Shown: in pieces, positions 12,088-26,548 of the stretch | Layout: every line of letters starts with the position of its first letter | How positions within the stretch are numbered: position 1 is the first letter of the stretch | Assembly (NCBI GenBank): GCA_040954595.2 | Contig: CM082581.2 | Location: 13,899,921 to 13,963,920, forward strand | DNA: 64,000 bases | Source of the DNA: Balanoglossus misakiensis | Lineage: Eukaryota > Animalia > Hemichordata | Direction of reading: 5' to 3' | The notes under the pieces: model-generated | The model's input: the letters and a program-made list of their open reading frames with translations, nothing else | The model's database searches: none | What the model was told of the DNA's origin: nothing | Translations under genes and position numbers: made by a program

Positions 12088-15000
12088 TCATGGAACAAAC
12101 ACCTGGCATATAATTATCAGGCACGTTGCCACCGACCCGATGATGTAGACAAACATGAAGAGTCGGTCCACTACCATGGCAACCTGTTTCCACTCGCAAC
12201 GTTTGTTGGCCTCTTTGGTGGTGTCCTTAAAGTGGTCAGACACGCTCCTCATTTCCTGGTATATTCGCTTCAACAGCTTCAAATGTTCATCGTTGATGTT
12301 GACGGTGATGTTATTTCCCGATCGGAGTCGCTTATTCCGCCTTCCAATATCAGCGTTTCTATTGCTCTCACTGTCATCCGGCAGATTATGCTGACTGCTT
12401 ATTTTGAGGTTCAACAACGGGTCCGTTGCCCCTTTATTGCACGAACAGTGTTTGCCTATGCTGTTTGTGGTCACGTTTTTGCGAGAGTCCGCGTTCGGTG
12501 GGTTCAGCTTCCTGACCAACAAAACACGAGCGAGGTGGCCGAGAATGACTCTCCTCACCCACCGTGGAACCTCGCTGCTCTCCGGTCCTCGATGGTGCAA
12601 ACTAAGAACAGTAACTGTCATGGCAAGGGAAAGCGACACCAAGACCATTGTGGCAGCATAGTACTGACCTGTGGATGAAAACAAAAGACAACCACTGAAC
12701 AGACTGTGATGTCAGCACATCATTTCACATCAACTCCGTCAAACAGTAGGCCTACCTCCGTTCAAATTTAAATTTTGAAGGCTACGTTATAATACTAGCA
12801 AACAGTTTTAAGGAGGACATCATTTGTTTTGCCACTAAAATCCCGCAGGGAATTAGTCGTCTCTACGTAGAAGTTAATCAGTGTTATTATTTCACGTTAC
12901 TGTACAGATGCAGCCATATCATTTCAAAGGAAGAATACAAGCTTGTTAGTTGGATAGTCATTCAACACTGCATGAGAGAAACGATGGCTTGCATTCATAA
13001 GTACTTGCTGCCTATCATTCTAACAACTGACACAGTATACTGCTCCAATATTAGTCAGAGACGCGTCGTCACCTTCTGTTTTCTTTTCTGTGTTTCAAGC
13101 AAGACAAGAGACATAGAGACAAGCGTAAACGATACAGTGTGGAATAGACAATTTCAGGGTCCCCCCCCCCAAAAAAAAAATCCCTTACCTATAACAGGAA
13201 CAGAACTCGCTGGCGGTAGTATCTCGGCAACGAGCAACAAAAACACCGTCAACGATAGAAGCACCGTAATCCCTAACCCTACTTTTTCACCTGAGTCGGC
13301 TGGCAGAAAGAAACTCAACAATGTCGTCACGGAGATGAACCCACAGGGTAGTATGAGGTTGAAAATGTAATAGAGAGGTTGGCGGCGTAACACCATTGTG
13401 AAAGCCACCGTGCAGTACGGCACAACGTCGTCGTCTGCGTAGATTGAGAAATCTTCCGTGTTGTCGGCGGCTGAAATGTTGATCAACGACCATTCTGCGT
13501 TGCCTTTGAAGTAGCTAGCAGTAGCTGAAATGTGCAATGAATGATATATGAGTATCTGGGACAGACCCCAAACATACTCCACCGAATGGTCTAGCAAAGA
13601 GAGTCTGTACCCAGGAGAATTGACCAAACGTCATTAATACAAATTCGGGAATATAAAGTTCTACTTTATACAACACGAAGCAGATTAATCATTTTTCTTT
13701 CGAGGAAGATATAGTATGTTCATACTTTTGCCAATGACAAGAATCTCCAGGGCGCTGTGCTGCCAAGGTCCGAACACGACGACGCATTCTTGTTCGTCAA
13801 AAGGGAAGTGTGTGACTTCCAGTTTACAGTGGGTTTTAATGATGGCCGGTGCTGCCCACATCACCGTCCCGTCGTACTTGATCGAGACAATCTGATCACC
13901 CCAGATGTTGTCGTACTTGCTAGCGGCGCTGTAATTTAACGAGGAGGTTTGTTAAAAGGACAAAGTTGTGTTTGGTTGTTTGTACTGAGTGAGCGATCTT
14001 GCACTTCTACTTTATACTGACACCTGTCGTCCACTGGTTGATTCTGGCCAGTGACAGATTGCATTTGTTGGCGCGATTCATCGAACACACAAATATCATA
14101 ATTCATAAACTCACTTGTCGTATAAATAGAGATCCGGTAACCAAACTATATTCGATGTAAGCTTCATATTTATAGTGTTGTTGTAGTCTTCTGTGTTCCA
14201 TGTGAGATATTCGTCGTTCCATCGCTGGGAAATAGTGAGAAACCGTGAAATTGTGGTGTGTAGTTGCACAGGAATACTTTAGCATAGTGTTTAGCATAGT
14301 GGATATACCCAGATACTACGATCGGTAGGGAGTTTAATTCCTGCCGGAAATTGACGATCTTCTACAAAAATGTTATAAAATGTACCACTTGAAAAGAAAT
14401 CTTATTGGACTGCTTGATTATATCGAGAACCGTGAAAGATTTACGATGGGGTCAATTTTATATAGCGTCAAGGAGAGTTGGAAACGCAAGCAGACTAAAT
14501 ATTGACATGATTGGTGTGGAAGCTTTTGCATGTGAAGTCACATCCGAGATTCCAAGAAATGCTTAAATATTTGACATTAGTGTAATTGCTTATGATGATT
14601 CCCTTTTTGCCAAGGTCGACATGTATTTGAGAGTATGCATAGTTGAACGGTATGCAACCGGCAGGGGGAAAGGGCCCTTTTAAAATCTTGATAAATGACA
14701 CTTTACCCGATAGTAAAGTAAAAAATAAAAGTGGAATTATTCAAAAAGCCGGATAATTAGCTCTCCCAATTGGGGATTATTTCCAGTTGAGGAATGATAA
14801 CAGAGACTGTGCGAGATTTGAAAATGAACGGTGAAAGGATTATAGACACGCAGTTCTTGCATGTTGACTGAACGGTATCTTTGACCAGCCTCCCGGGAAT
14901 AGGAGCCAGGGCGTGTTCGGCGTGCAAATTAACTCACGGCGAGCGAAGCGACATGCTAAGTGTAGATTTAACGTCAAGAGATAAAACCGTTAAAATTTTC

Positions 15001-18000
15001 GCCAGATCTCAATCTCTCGCAAACGACAGCCATATCGAGTGCTTTCTTTGTAAACCATATCACTTAATGAACACAGATTTGCATAGTTAAATTTTAATCC
15101 TACACCTATCGAAGTATTCATCATCATTGTGTTCTCATTATGGAAGAGATCACCAGCAGATGCCCTGGACATTAATGTGCTTTCTTATCTAATGAAGAAT
15201 AAATTTAGGCAATTTGTCATTTTTACGACCGTGCTCTTGAACTGCTCGATTGAAAACGTCAAGTTTGAAGAGATGAGATCGCTGTTTGTTGACATTCTGA
15301 TTGTTTTTATTTCGTGTGGAAAGTTACTCGCGTATACTCTTGCCAGATCATCGGCGTCGAGAGCTCTACTCATTCACTCAAGCATTAACAAATATTATGA
15401 TGACGTAATTTCTGACGAGTTCCATAAATTACCGTCAATGAGAGGTTTTCACGTTATATTTTCACACATTGGAGCATAGGTTATTCAGTGTACATATTTC
15501 AGTGAACTAAAACAAATACTCACAAGGAACTAAAATCCGAAATGATATTTAAAGGAATTAATTTCTGTTTGTTTTGTATGTGTAATGCAAACCTTTCAAA
15601 TATAGACTAGTGATAAAAAAAATCGGTTTAATAACATACCAAAGTAAGCCAGGCATTTGTGGTCAAAGTTTCCTTGGTTTCATCCTAGAAAAAAAAAGAC
15701 AGACGATAGAAAATGTTCACATAGCCAGGAACTGTTTACTTCTATTGCCGAATAACCTAAATGTGTTATAAAATATCTTTGAGAAGTTGAAATTTGGGGG
15801 ACGACAGGGTTATTCATTGTGGATGGCACTTACCATATCGAGAACCTGAGACAAGAAGAATTGCATCTCCACAACAGTTGTCGTTGATGAGTTATGAACA
15901 GGTCTGATGAGATGGTTGTAGCCTCTCGTCGAGAACAGCTCCTCATATAGCCGCTTATGTGCATAATTCCCAAATACAGCTGAAGAGATAAAGGATTGTT
16001 GAATTTTATCTGAGATTGGGGCGGAGTTTCACTCTCTTGCATGTCACAGTTGTACATTGAAGTTATCTATAATCGTCACACAATAATATTGTACATCAAC
16101 CATCGTTTGTATGTTTTACACTCAGGTTTATTAAGGCATCTACTCAAAACAACCTTACTTTCGTACATCACACAGGTTTATTTGAAGGATATGAACAATT
16201 CAAGTAGTCCATATTAGCATCTTGAAATAGTTACAAAATCACAAAAAGGTGAGCAGACGACAAAATGAAAAATGTGAAAAAGAATATATCATAGTTCTCG
16301 GAGGGAAGAAATTTCAAACTAGAACTAATGGACACGGATTACTTAAATGATGTCAGAGGTCAGTAAGAATGGAAATTCTTTGTAGAAAAAAAAAGATTAA
16401 GGGATGACATGCTTCGACTGCATGGCATATAAGTGTATGAAAGGTGACATTGAAAACGGCAAATGCGAGGAGTTCGTTGAACTATAAAATGGAGTCCGCG
16501 AATAAACAAATTTAAGGAATTACGTGACACGATTTAACATTCAGTTACTTCTTTGTAAAGAATTAGAATTAATTAATTTCAGATTGTATGCGGAAATATT
16601 TTATTACCGTGCCGTGGCCTTCACCACTGAGCTTTTCTAAAATATCAATCATCTAAAGAGCAATACTCATTTACGGAGTCATTGAATTTGTGATCGCAAA
16701 GCTGACGCACACGCCAACAAGATTTTCTTCTTGCTTTTTCGCTAAAAGAAATCTCCTCTGTATTTTAATATGGAAAACAGGCTGTTCGCGATGGAAGAAT
16801 TTCGATAACGTGATTAATTTTATTTCCTTCGCATATTTGTTATTACGCTCACATTTGCTGGGTAACGCATTTGAATCCAACCACTCGGATATAATACAAT
16901 TGCCGTTCGATCAAATATGCGGTTAGTGTAAACCTCCAGAAAGGGTAAACGTGGTCTCAGTGTCACGTGGTCCCAGTCTCTGTCGTTCAGAAGACATTTT
17001 AGTATTGAACACACATCCCTAATTGAATTATAGTATCCTAGCGCTAATCAAACCAAATTATGCCACTTCTGTCTGAAAATTAAATTAATCAGTGTTCCAA
17101 ATGTGTCGCTGACCGAAAAACGACAACACAACAGACTAATAAAACATCGAGGAAATTAAACATGTTTTACTTGAAAACTGAAGAAAACGGTAAAACTGAA
17201 ACTACGAGAGCGTAAAATCATAATCACGAATGGAAAATCTCACTTTTATTAAAACACTCCCATCCGACGACAGAATCCGTGACTTTCCCGTGCAAAATGA
17301 AACAACATCCTTAGTTTTATCTAAGTGATTTCTGACATAAATGAAAAGATAGCAAGTACTGGCGAACGCGCGTGGAATCCTGGGATATAGCAAACCGGAA
17401 GTGCGGAAAATGACCAGAAGGCATCTATTCCGCTTCTGCTCACATGCATGCACGGAACCAACTCCTCAAACTTGGACCCGGGAACTTTGAAATACGAAGA
17501 GTGACCTGGACCTGCTTTCGAGCCACAGGAACTGATAACATTCTCGGTAAGTGTTTCACGTCTGTATGTTCGGACTGAACTGTTTCACATCGAGCAAATC
17601 CCACATTTTTCGTGTCGTCTGTTTCCGCTCTGTGCAATTAGGCTACAACAGCGGAACATGGCGCGTGCATGCATGCAAGGGTCGAGCTTGTTTTGTATAC
17701 TCAGGTGTTCTTTCTAGCCCCCGGCCTTATGTATTAGGAATTTGAGTTTAAACTATCTCAATCTACGTTTCACAAGATTGTTGAGGGTGGCTTCTGCAGT
17801 TGTAGGTCTATGCCTTGCTGAATTTACTGCAGCACGAAGTTTGGGTTTTTTCCGTCCACATACATTTCTCACATGCATGCATAATCTCATGCTGATTGGT
17901 GTGGTCAGCGTTGTTTAACAGATGCAACACTTGCAATATGTAAATTCATTGACCTGCCTAGATTCATTTGACCTGTCAAGCTCAACCGGTCAGTTATCCC

Positions 18001-21000
18001 ATACATAAGCTAAATCACAAGGTGCATACCCCAGTGTATATCAGCTGCCGACGATTGACAAACCGATACTAGAGTGTACCTAAGGGCATTGTCGTTCGAT
18101 GTTGTCATTACCTTTACGCGAATTCACAGACGTGTAGTCTGGTCCCACAGCAAACTCAAACCAATACAAGACTCGCCTGAGAATATGCAAATATGGCAGA
18201 AGGACCTCGTGGTACGTGATGATGTCATTGATGATGAACTGATACACGTTGTATTCAAGAAACTAGTTTCTTGGTTTTTGACGTTTAATTACAGTATTTA
18301 TCCCGTGGGTGTTTCTTTATTCATTTGCTATCTGATTATACACCCACAGGAATATTCATTAGCTGTAACTGTCGGCTATTATTTTAAGCATTTCTGGAGT
18401 TTGTGGCAACTGCACTTTATTGTTCGACTCCCTGTAGCATATCATCAAAACAGCTGATCAACTCAGTGGTCCCTATGGGTACAGTCAGCATTTTTGCCAC
18501 GGCAAAGTGAATTTCAGTCCGAATTTGAATTCTTTCGCAAACAATTTTGTTGTTGCTTTGAGGATATATATAAAAAAGTTTTGGTCTACTCAGTGCGCTT
18601 GCGCTGAAAATGTTTCAGCGATTGGTTTTTATATAGTTATTATTTTTCTTGTAACTCTAATAGAAGCTGGCATTAAAGGATTTCTGCGCTAAACGACTTC
18701 TGAATAGAAAAACTGACAAATCCCTTCGTTAAATTGAAAAATTGTGTACTTCAATGACCAGTCACGTAACCCGATCCCAGAGATTTTATAATAACTCGAA
18801 TCCAATTTTATGGCTGAGCTTAGATTAATAGAAAAAAAAACTGAAAATATTCATATTCTGGTAGTGGAAAGTTTTGTGTAATTAAAAATGTAGCGATTTC
18901 TTGACTTTGATGTCGATCTGCTGTTGGTTGCTCAACCCTGTCAAGTGGCTGCTGATTTTTTTGGCCTGCATAATTACCCGCCTCTGATTAATACGTTCTT
19001 CGGTGACCTTTTGACCTCTGCACGTTTCCTTCGGAAGGCTTCTAATTTTTCGCAGTTCATACGTCCACGGTCCACCGATTGTCGGTTGATTGAATGGGCT
19101 GGAGGGAGGGGTTACAACATGGCGGCATGTCTTCGTGAAACCATGGCAACGTGATAAGAGAACAAGTGAAGCTGGATCTTATATTTTAATCTGGACACTC
19201 TCTGTAACCTTCTCAAGAGATATAGCCCTTCTCCCCAGTCCAAAAGGTCTCTGATTTGGTTCTTTTCACTAAATTAATCTGTCCAGTGTTACTTCAGTTT
19301 TAAGGTCAAGGAAAGTGAGAGATTGAAACGGAGAATAAAATAGGCTAAAACTTCAAATTGATGTTCAGACGCTGAATAACTATGCAACAGCAAAATTGAT
19401 TAAAAAGAAATCTACTCTATTGTGAAGTGTTTCACCGACAGTTCGTTTGTGATTAAACTAATAAAGTATGACATAATATTAATGTTCATACACGCTAGAC
19501 GACACTGATATTAGAGCATATAGCAGCGTTGGAATCGTCATCCACAAATCCAGAATAACAGTCTGGGCAAACTGCAAACATTCCCGTTCCAAAATTAACT
19601 GATATGTTGATCCGTTTTCTGGACTCTAAGACAGGTTGTTACGTTTGTAAAATAAGTTATTGACGAAGTTAACTGACTGGAAAAATCAGGTCAAGATGGC
19701 TTGAAATTGGACGGTTTTGTAACTCCTTCTAATAAAAAAATCAATCTATTTAATTGACATGTTCTCGTTTGAAGTCTGACTCGATGAAGTGAGGTTATAG
19801 TCTTGGCACATTTGTACACGTATGTTTAAATTGCGATGGCACAACATTTTGGTGAGTGAACTTTCCCGCCCTGGCGATTACGTGATATTCTGAACTCGGA
19901 GTAACGCAAAGTGAGTAACCGGAAGCACGACCAGATATGTTCAAATATGTTCAAATTTTTGCTTTGCCCATATCATTGCTATTTCCCTCGGCTCGCCTGT
20001 CAAAGTGTTTCAAGTCAAACCATCGCACAGCAGATGAAGTTAATCCCACTGACAGATCTATGACAAATTAACCGGCAAAGATACCATCTTGAGACGTAAA
20101 TTTAATTATTTTTCTTCGAATAAGAAATTATTTCAGTCATTCCTTCGTCTTCAGATGTCTTAATCGTCTGTAATTACAGCACCGTTCCCAATCAGCTTAG
20201 GGGCTTTCATTTATTATGCGAAGGGTGGGCTGCAGGAAATTGGGGTCGGTCGGTTATGTAAAATCTACCCCCCCCCCCCCCCGATTCCTCCGGCCTTATC
20301 GGAGTTTGCCAGATGAAAATGAAGCAATTCTGGCACAGGCAGTCAGTGTTCTACATCATTTGCGATATCACTCTACATTCTGCTTGTTTCAGGTTGTTGG
20401 CTTCACGGGTCATAAGTTCTTACATCTTTGAATTGAATGGAACACTTGTTCCGAACCGACAGGAGATTTACATGTGTAACCCATAAATGATATCGTTATT
20501 ACTGTAAAGAATTATTATTTTTATAGCGCTGTGACATGTTCTTTACTAATACATCTTGGAAATTTCATCAGATCCTGTGCGATACGCCAAGATCAGACTA
20601 TCATGAAAAGTAAACTCACAAAAACGAATGATAATAGGAAATTGTACTAAAAATTTTCCATTTGGATTAAAAAGGGCGAAACGAAAAGGCAATTCGGGGC
20701 ATGGAATATACGCGTGATTTGGGGAAAGAATTTTGATGGTTAAGTTTTATGTCGGATTGTTGTCAACTCGGGTATATTTTAACGATGCATTTGAAACACG
20801 TGGCATTTGTAGGGGAAAGATGTAGCGATTTCAAATAACAGGAGTGTGATTTCATTTGTAAGTCGGCTAATAATGATAGTTCACATAACATTTCGACGTT
20901 TTTAGTGATATAGTCCATAAATTGTAGCTACAGGCAAAGACCCGTTTATCTCCAGCACTTGCTAGTCATTACAGATCAATAATGTAACATGGCTCTGATC

Positions 21001-24000
21001 TCTCTAATCAGTGATCGATTGCCAATTAAAAGAAACCCGCTTTTTTCCGACGACTTTCGACATCTTTCTGATCTTAATCCCTTCTCACACAAGAGCTTAC
21101 GTATCCTGAAACTTGGCCTTTGACAAATTGTCAATTTCATTTTCTGGTTTTGTGGTGATTGGGTTAAACGTATGGTTGGTGAGCGTGGCTGACTTTTCAC
21201 GATCTTGCTGCCACCATCTCAACTTGGCTGTGATTGATGACAAAAACATCTCACACTCTCTCTCTTTCCCAGTTCCAGTTTTTTTTGTAATATTGTATTT
21301 TACTTCTGAAAACCTGGCCCATTCACAATATATCTGTATCAAATCGCATCCCTTGCGATGTGATATGCACGTATAAATAGAATGAACTACCCCCCCCCCC
21401 CCCGTGGCAATCAAGTGCGTCGAGACCTTATGTTGATTTCTTCCAGAGTGTCCACTGGAGCAGACACGCACGATATCTTCATGTAATGAAAAAGACAATC
21501 CCCTTACGTGACAAACCTCAGCCTTCACAAACGTCCATATATACTAAGTGGTTCGCATTTATTTTGTTGCCTGATTCCGAATTTTAACAAAACTTTGATC
21601 TGCCAGTTGCCAACGTAATTAGTCTCCTGTTGCGATGCCAATTTACAACTTTCCCAGACGTCTGATGAATGCGACCGTTGGTGTGTACAGATTATGCCCC
21701 TTGCGTGGTAACTCGCTAAAGAGCGATGTTTCAAACTCAGTATCGTCGAGATCGCAGAGAAAATCACGCGTGGGTTTTCAGTTTTACCAATGCGAAATAT
21801 TCAATCGATTTCAAGATTGTGATTGTATGTGCGTGTATATCCATCACACAACTCGCCCTACGACCACTTTCTTTGATATTCGATGATAACTGCACGTTTC
21901 TCGGTTGTTTTTAATATCAACGAAATTCCTCCCTCCCCCCCCCCCTCCCTTTTGCCATCAGTATTCAGTACAGGTCTCTCGCCCTTCGCAGCCATTAATT
22001 TTCACAACAGTTGATGTCCTTGTGTCCCTAATTGTCTTTGTAAGATTAGATAAAACAGAGCACGCGGGTTATGTCTCTGAACAAATTTTACTGTCAACTA
22101 CGGACTTCAAACGAACAAAGGTCATTATCATCTCAACGGCGCCTGAATGCTGGGGCCCAACCTCTGCCAAGGTGATTAACGTGTTTCTATTGCATTACCT
22201 ACACATTTATCACTGTCCATAATTAAGTAATATTTCAACGTAACATTGCTTTAGCGGTGTTGAATTTGAGGAATGATAGTCTATGATGGGTAATTAGCAT
22301 TGTTCTGACATGAACGATCATCAATTTGTGAGAATGTATGAACATGCACGTCTTCTTTCATTACTGGCGGCAGATTACCTTAGTTAATTTCCTCTGTTTA
22401 ATTCAAGCAAATTACCTTGAATCTAAATAAACTTATGGTCAGTCATTGACTGTCTTAGAAAGATGTCGAGGTTTTGATGTGACTTTAACTCAGATGGTTG
22501 CGTAGAATAGCACCGAAATCGTTGTTTGCTTTTGTGGCGATGCGTACTGTTCTTATCGTAGCGATGATGATGATGATGATGTTGTTGTTGTTGGTGGTGG
22601 TGGTGATGATGATGATGATGACGATGACAAAAGAGGTATTATCAATGTGCATAGAGAATGACACATCTGTCGAACTTATTTTTATATTATCCGAGTAATT
22701 ACTCAACAATTACTTGACACGCAATCGCAATTTGCAGAATACGACAATTAAAGGCTATCATCTCATCAAAATCGTCCATAAATTGATACACAACTCAAAA
22801 TCAATTGTTTGGACTTGTTGTGAAAACGATTCTAGAACCACTGGGGACAAGAAAAGGTTATTGGTCAAGCTTGTGTGGAGAAAATGTGATTGTTTCAGTA
22901 ATTTATTCATCCACGTCATCGGTTAGACAGAATGTTGTAAATCGACCGCAACAATCGTTAATGTGTCGATGTCAACTGGGTCATCGGAAATAGCAAATTA
23001 AATAGCAAATTAAAGGAATAGCTGTTATGTAGATGATTACAATGGTGTAAGTGTAGGTTGTTGCAAGGAAAAATAAGTAAATTTGGTTCTTTGACCAAGT
23101 TTCTGCTCAACAAAACTAGAGAAAGGTATGATCAACAAAGAATTCATTAAAAGTGAAAGAAGCATCTAAATTAAGAACTTATATGACGTCATTTCGTGAC
23201 GTCTTGTAGATTTATCTAATAAGGCCTCGTTGCACCCGGGAACTTTTTATTCGCGTTGTGTACGGCGCGCCAATACGGATTACGAATCAGGTAGATTTAG
23301 ACGGAAAGGCCGATATCCGATATTCAAATTGATTCAGCACCGAAAATCACTGAAATGACAAGAGATGTATCACCGAAGATCAAACGGTGTAAATGACTGT
23401 CCTCCAAGCAAACGCCAATTAATTACAAACCAGTACGTGGGCAGACGTTACTAATAATTATGTCGACTGTTATACTTCTGATGAGCAATTTGATTGTAAA
23501 GTTTATATAATTAAAGAATATTCGTTTTATACATAGCGGTTTTTACACCAGATGTTTTCAACCTGGTTACGCTGATAACTATATGGGAAAACTCTGCTGT
23601 ATATCCAGAGAGGGGTGTGGCATGCTCTGTAGGAAACGGTCCATAAAAAGAAACCATACAACAACAGAGCTTTGTTGATTTTGACGTTTCTTGTGTGTGG
23701 CCATACACGCTCAATATTCAGCAACGTTTTGGGGCATTTTCTTCAGTGGTCTTTGTCTCGTAAAAGGCATTAAAGCTCAACTCTTCGATTTTGTTTTCAA
23801 ATCCCCTTAGCGGAAGTTATCACAGTTCAATTCTCGCCGGTGATCATAAAAACGGATTTGGGGCGATTTCATCACCTCGCCGTGTTCTGTTTCAAGAATC
23901 AGGGTTAGGAAGATGGTTCAGGTATATTTCATGAAAACAATTGCCAACTGAGTAGTCGCATCGAAATAAAGTAGGTACCTAATTCAATCATTGTTGGTCA

Positions 24001-24339
24001 CTTTCGGCCGACGCTGTAAATAAACATCAGTGCAAGTTACGCAGAAGGACGTCTTTGTCCTCGTCAGTATCAAGGAAGCTATTCGGATGTTTCCATTAAG
24101 ATTACAAGAAACCGCATAAAAATAAAGCAAATAGATTAGACGAGGGGTGGGTATTACATTCTATGCCTGGTGATGAGCGCGACAATGTGAACTCGAAATA
24201 TTTCAATACTGATTTAGCAAATGGATTTGCGTCTCGTTTACTCGTTCGACAAACGAACCGTAATAATTGACTACTTACCGTAAGTAAGAAGGTTGCAAAT
24301 AATATTGACCACGATCAAGACACTGTTAGGTCCTCCCAT
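12088..24339 (-). CDS. Cys-loop ligand-gated cation channel subunit, nAChR alpha9/alpha10-like but lacking loop C vicinal cysteines, 7 exons
   Basis: Minus-strand exons 24339-24279 (signal peptide MGGPNSVLIVVNIICNLLTY), 15979-15834 (RLYEELF..YNHLIRPV), 15684-15640 (45-bp DETKETLTTNAWLTL), 14224-14115 (WNDEYLTWN..VWLPDLYLYD), 13928-13726 (Cys-loop CKLEVTHFPFDEQEC), 13524-13189 (M1; M2 GEKVGLGITVLLSLTVFLLLVAEILP), 12668-12088 (M3; M4 EWKQVAMVVDRLF). All phases match. The distant first exon is the least certain. Confidence 0.92.
22563..22628. repeat. Compound trinucleotide microsatellite (GAT)n(GTT)n(GGT)n(GAT)n
   Basis: Directly visible; lies in intron 1 of the Cys-loop receptor gene. Confidence 0.95.
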
Positions 24340-24851
24340 GCTTGATCTAGGTGAGAATCGCTTGGATGGAAATAATCAAATTTCCGGACGAAATCAGAGT
24401 GACGAAGTGTGGAAGCCGGAGTCGCTCGTATATTATATAGTTTGCTCCATCCTTGACAAACCCTTGACAACTGGGTACGATGATCAAAAACTTACTGAGA
24501 AGTCACCGGTGACCGCAACCACGATGTACTGCCACAATTAGAGTGACAAAATATTCATCTGGGGTTTTTTTTTCGAAGTGTCGCAGATTGCACAAGAACG
24601 GAGATCGAAATTTGACTTGATCTCTTCGATGTGTTAGGATGACTGATAGGATTATGTTCCATCAGAAGGACCAGGCAGGTTATGTTTCCGTGAGTTTTTT
24701 TCAACTCGAGCAAGCCGCCCACGATCCAAGGTGGCAGGCAAACGTAAACCCCTGATCGCTCTTCTTGGTAGGTACACGTCAGTATGCAAGAGAAAAAAGA
24801 AACCCTCGTTCACGAACTCTCTCCACGAGCTCATTTGATTGGCGCGTTGTG

Positions 24852-24865
24852 GTCTCCATAGCAAC
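24852..24865. promoter_or_regulatory. Candidate RFX X-box
   Basis: GTCTCCATAGCAAC fits GTHNYYATRRNAAC, about 0.5 kb upstream of the receptor ATG. The motif is degenerate and function is unproven. Confidence 0.3.
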
Positions 24866-26437
24866 CATGTACATTAAATAAATGAAATTTAGTTTGTCGC
24901 CATGTCGTTTAAGGTGATCCGACATAAATATGATTAATCTCGGCAATACATCACCAAAGCCAAGGAATTTGGATCTCTGGTCTTCGCCAGCACGGAAAAT
25001 AGCTTCTGCGAATGACAGGTGCGGCGATCAGGCAAAGCTGTCAGACGTTGCACTTGATGTTAAAAGTGCGACTTATGATTGGAAAAGCCGGCAGAGGAAT
25101 CCCCGGTAGCAGATTAACCGCCGACGCATCGCTTCTTTCGCTAAGTCCGCTCCGATTCCGTGTTCTCAGACCCCTTTCTCCGTCATTCGCATTGGTAATG
25201 TGTGAACTCAGCCGAAGCAAGCTGATTGGGAAAGTGCCTGCTTAGAGGGGGGCGTGGACATATGTTTGTCACAGCTGAACTTTCGTTTCCTTGTTGATAG
25301 AATCTATAAAAATTGCCCACGTCAACAAGTGTGGGCCTTTAACGCAGGGGCCGGGCATACTTTCATGAGACGCCCACGAAGCAAGGTAACTCGTCTGGCC
25401 AATTCGAAACACCACAAACTATATCAAACCAATCGTAGAGTTAAAATTAATTAGACTCGGCATTAAAATACGTCAGATGCAATCGCGACTAAACTACCTT
25501 AAGCGGACAGTTACAGTATTTGAATTTGTAGAAAGCACTTGCGAAAATTAAAACTATCATAGTATTGGTCACGGCTCGCTGAACCTTGCGTAACAAGACA
25601 GGTGATCTGTCTCAAGCTGAACACAGTTTTACTTCGATATCAGCATTAATTTGACCAAAAATTCCGCACTCATGTTGACACTATTAGATGCTTTCTTTGT
25701 TACATAACTTAAACATATATTTCGAGCACGTAATATATTCAAAGGAGTAAATTGTACCCACGGGTATCGTTGCGAATTAAACGAGAATAGATGCAAATGA
25801 TTCGTAAATTATATCACCTGACAGTTTATACAAATGCGAATGACAACACGACAACAACTGTTTCCATTTTTAGATTGGTTGTCCAGTGTTTGATTTATGT
25901 ATTTATCATATAATGTTCTGAGGCCTATGGCATTGAAACAAACAGATTGAGGAAGAGTTTGCCAGTTGATTATCAATGAAGTTGGTTGTGTCTCTATGTA
26001 GAATCACCCGAGGGCTGCCAACCCTATCTTGTTAAACGCTGTCTAGGAATGACCCACCCTTCCACGCATGTCTTAATTGGCTTATTGTGACGATAAATCA
26101 TTTCAGTTGAATCAAGTGAACTTTACAGACGATTCAAAATGGTTGCATTATGCAAAAGGGGACTACCTCTGCGCTTTCAATTTGAGTATGACCAGATTTT
26201 TGATAAAAAATTGCGTTGATTAAAGTGGCACCAGCGAGGATCATATACAGTGACTGTAGTTTCCGCAAAAAGGTCATCGGTGTTATTTTGTTACTGAAGA
26301 CGCGAAATCGTGCCGTTCGCCCGAGAGGTGTACTTTCTATTAATACTAATGAAGGACATGTATACTAATGTAAAGAGTGGTGTTAATTTTGGCTTATTCT
26401 GTGAATTACCAGAACTAACAAAAATACGTGATAACTA

Positions 26438-26548
<111 letters not shown>

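Noticed and set aside
17443-17675. 12-bp inverted repeat CATGCATGCACG / CGTGCATGCATG as MITE ends
   Set aside because: Built from a low-complexity self-complementary ATGC run that occurs again nearby, and no target-site duplication is evident.
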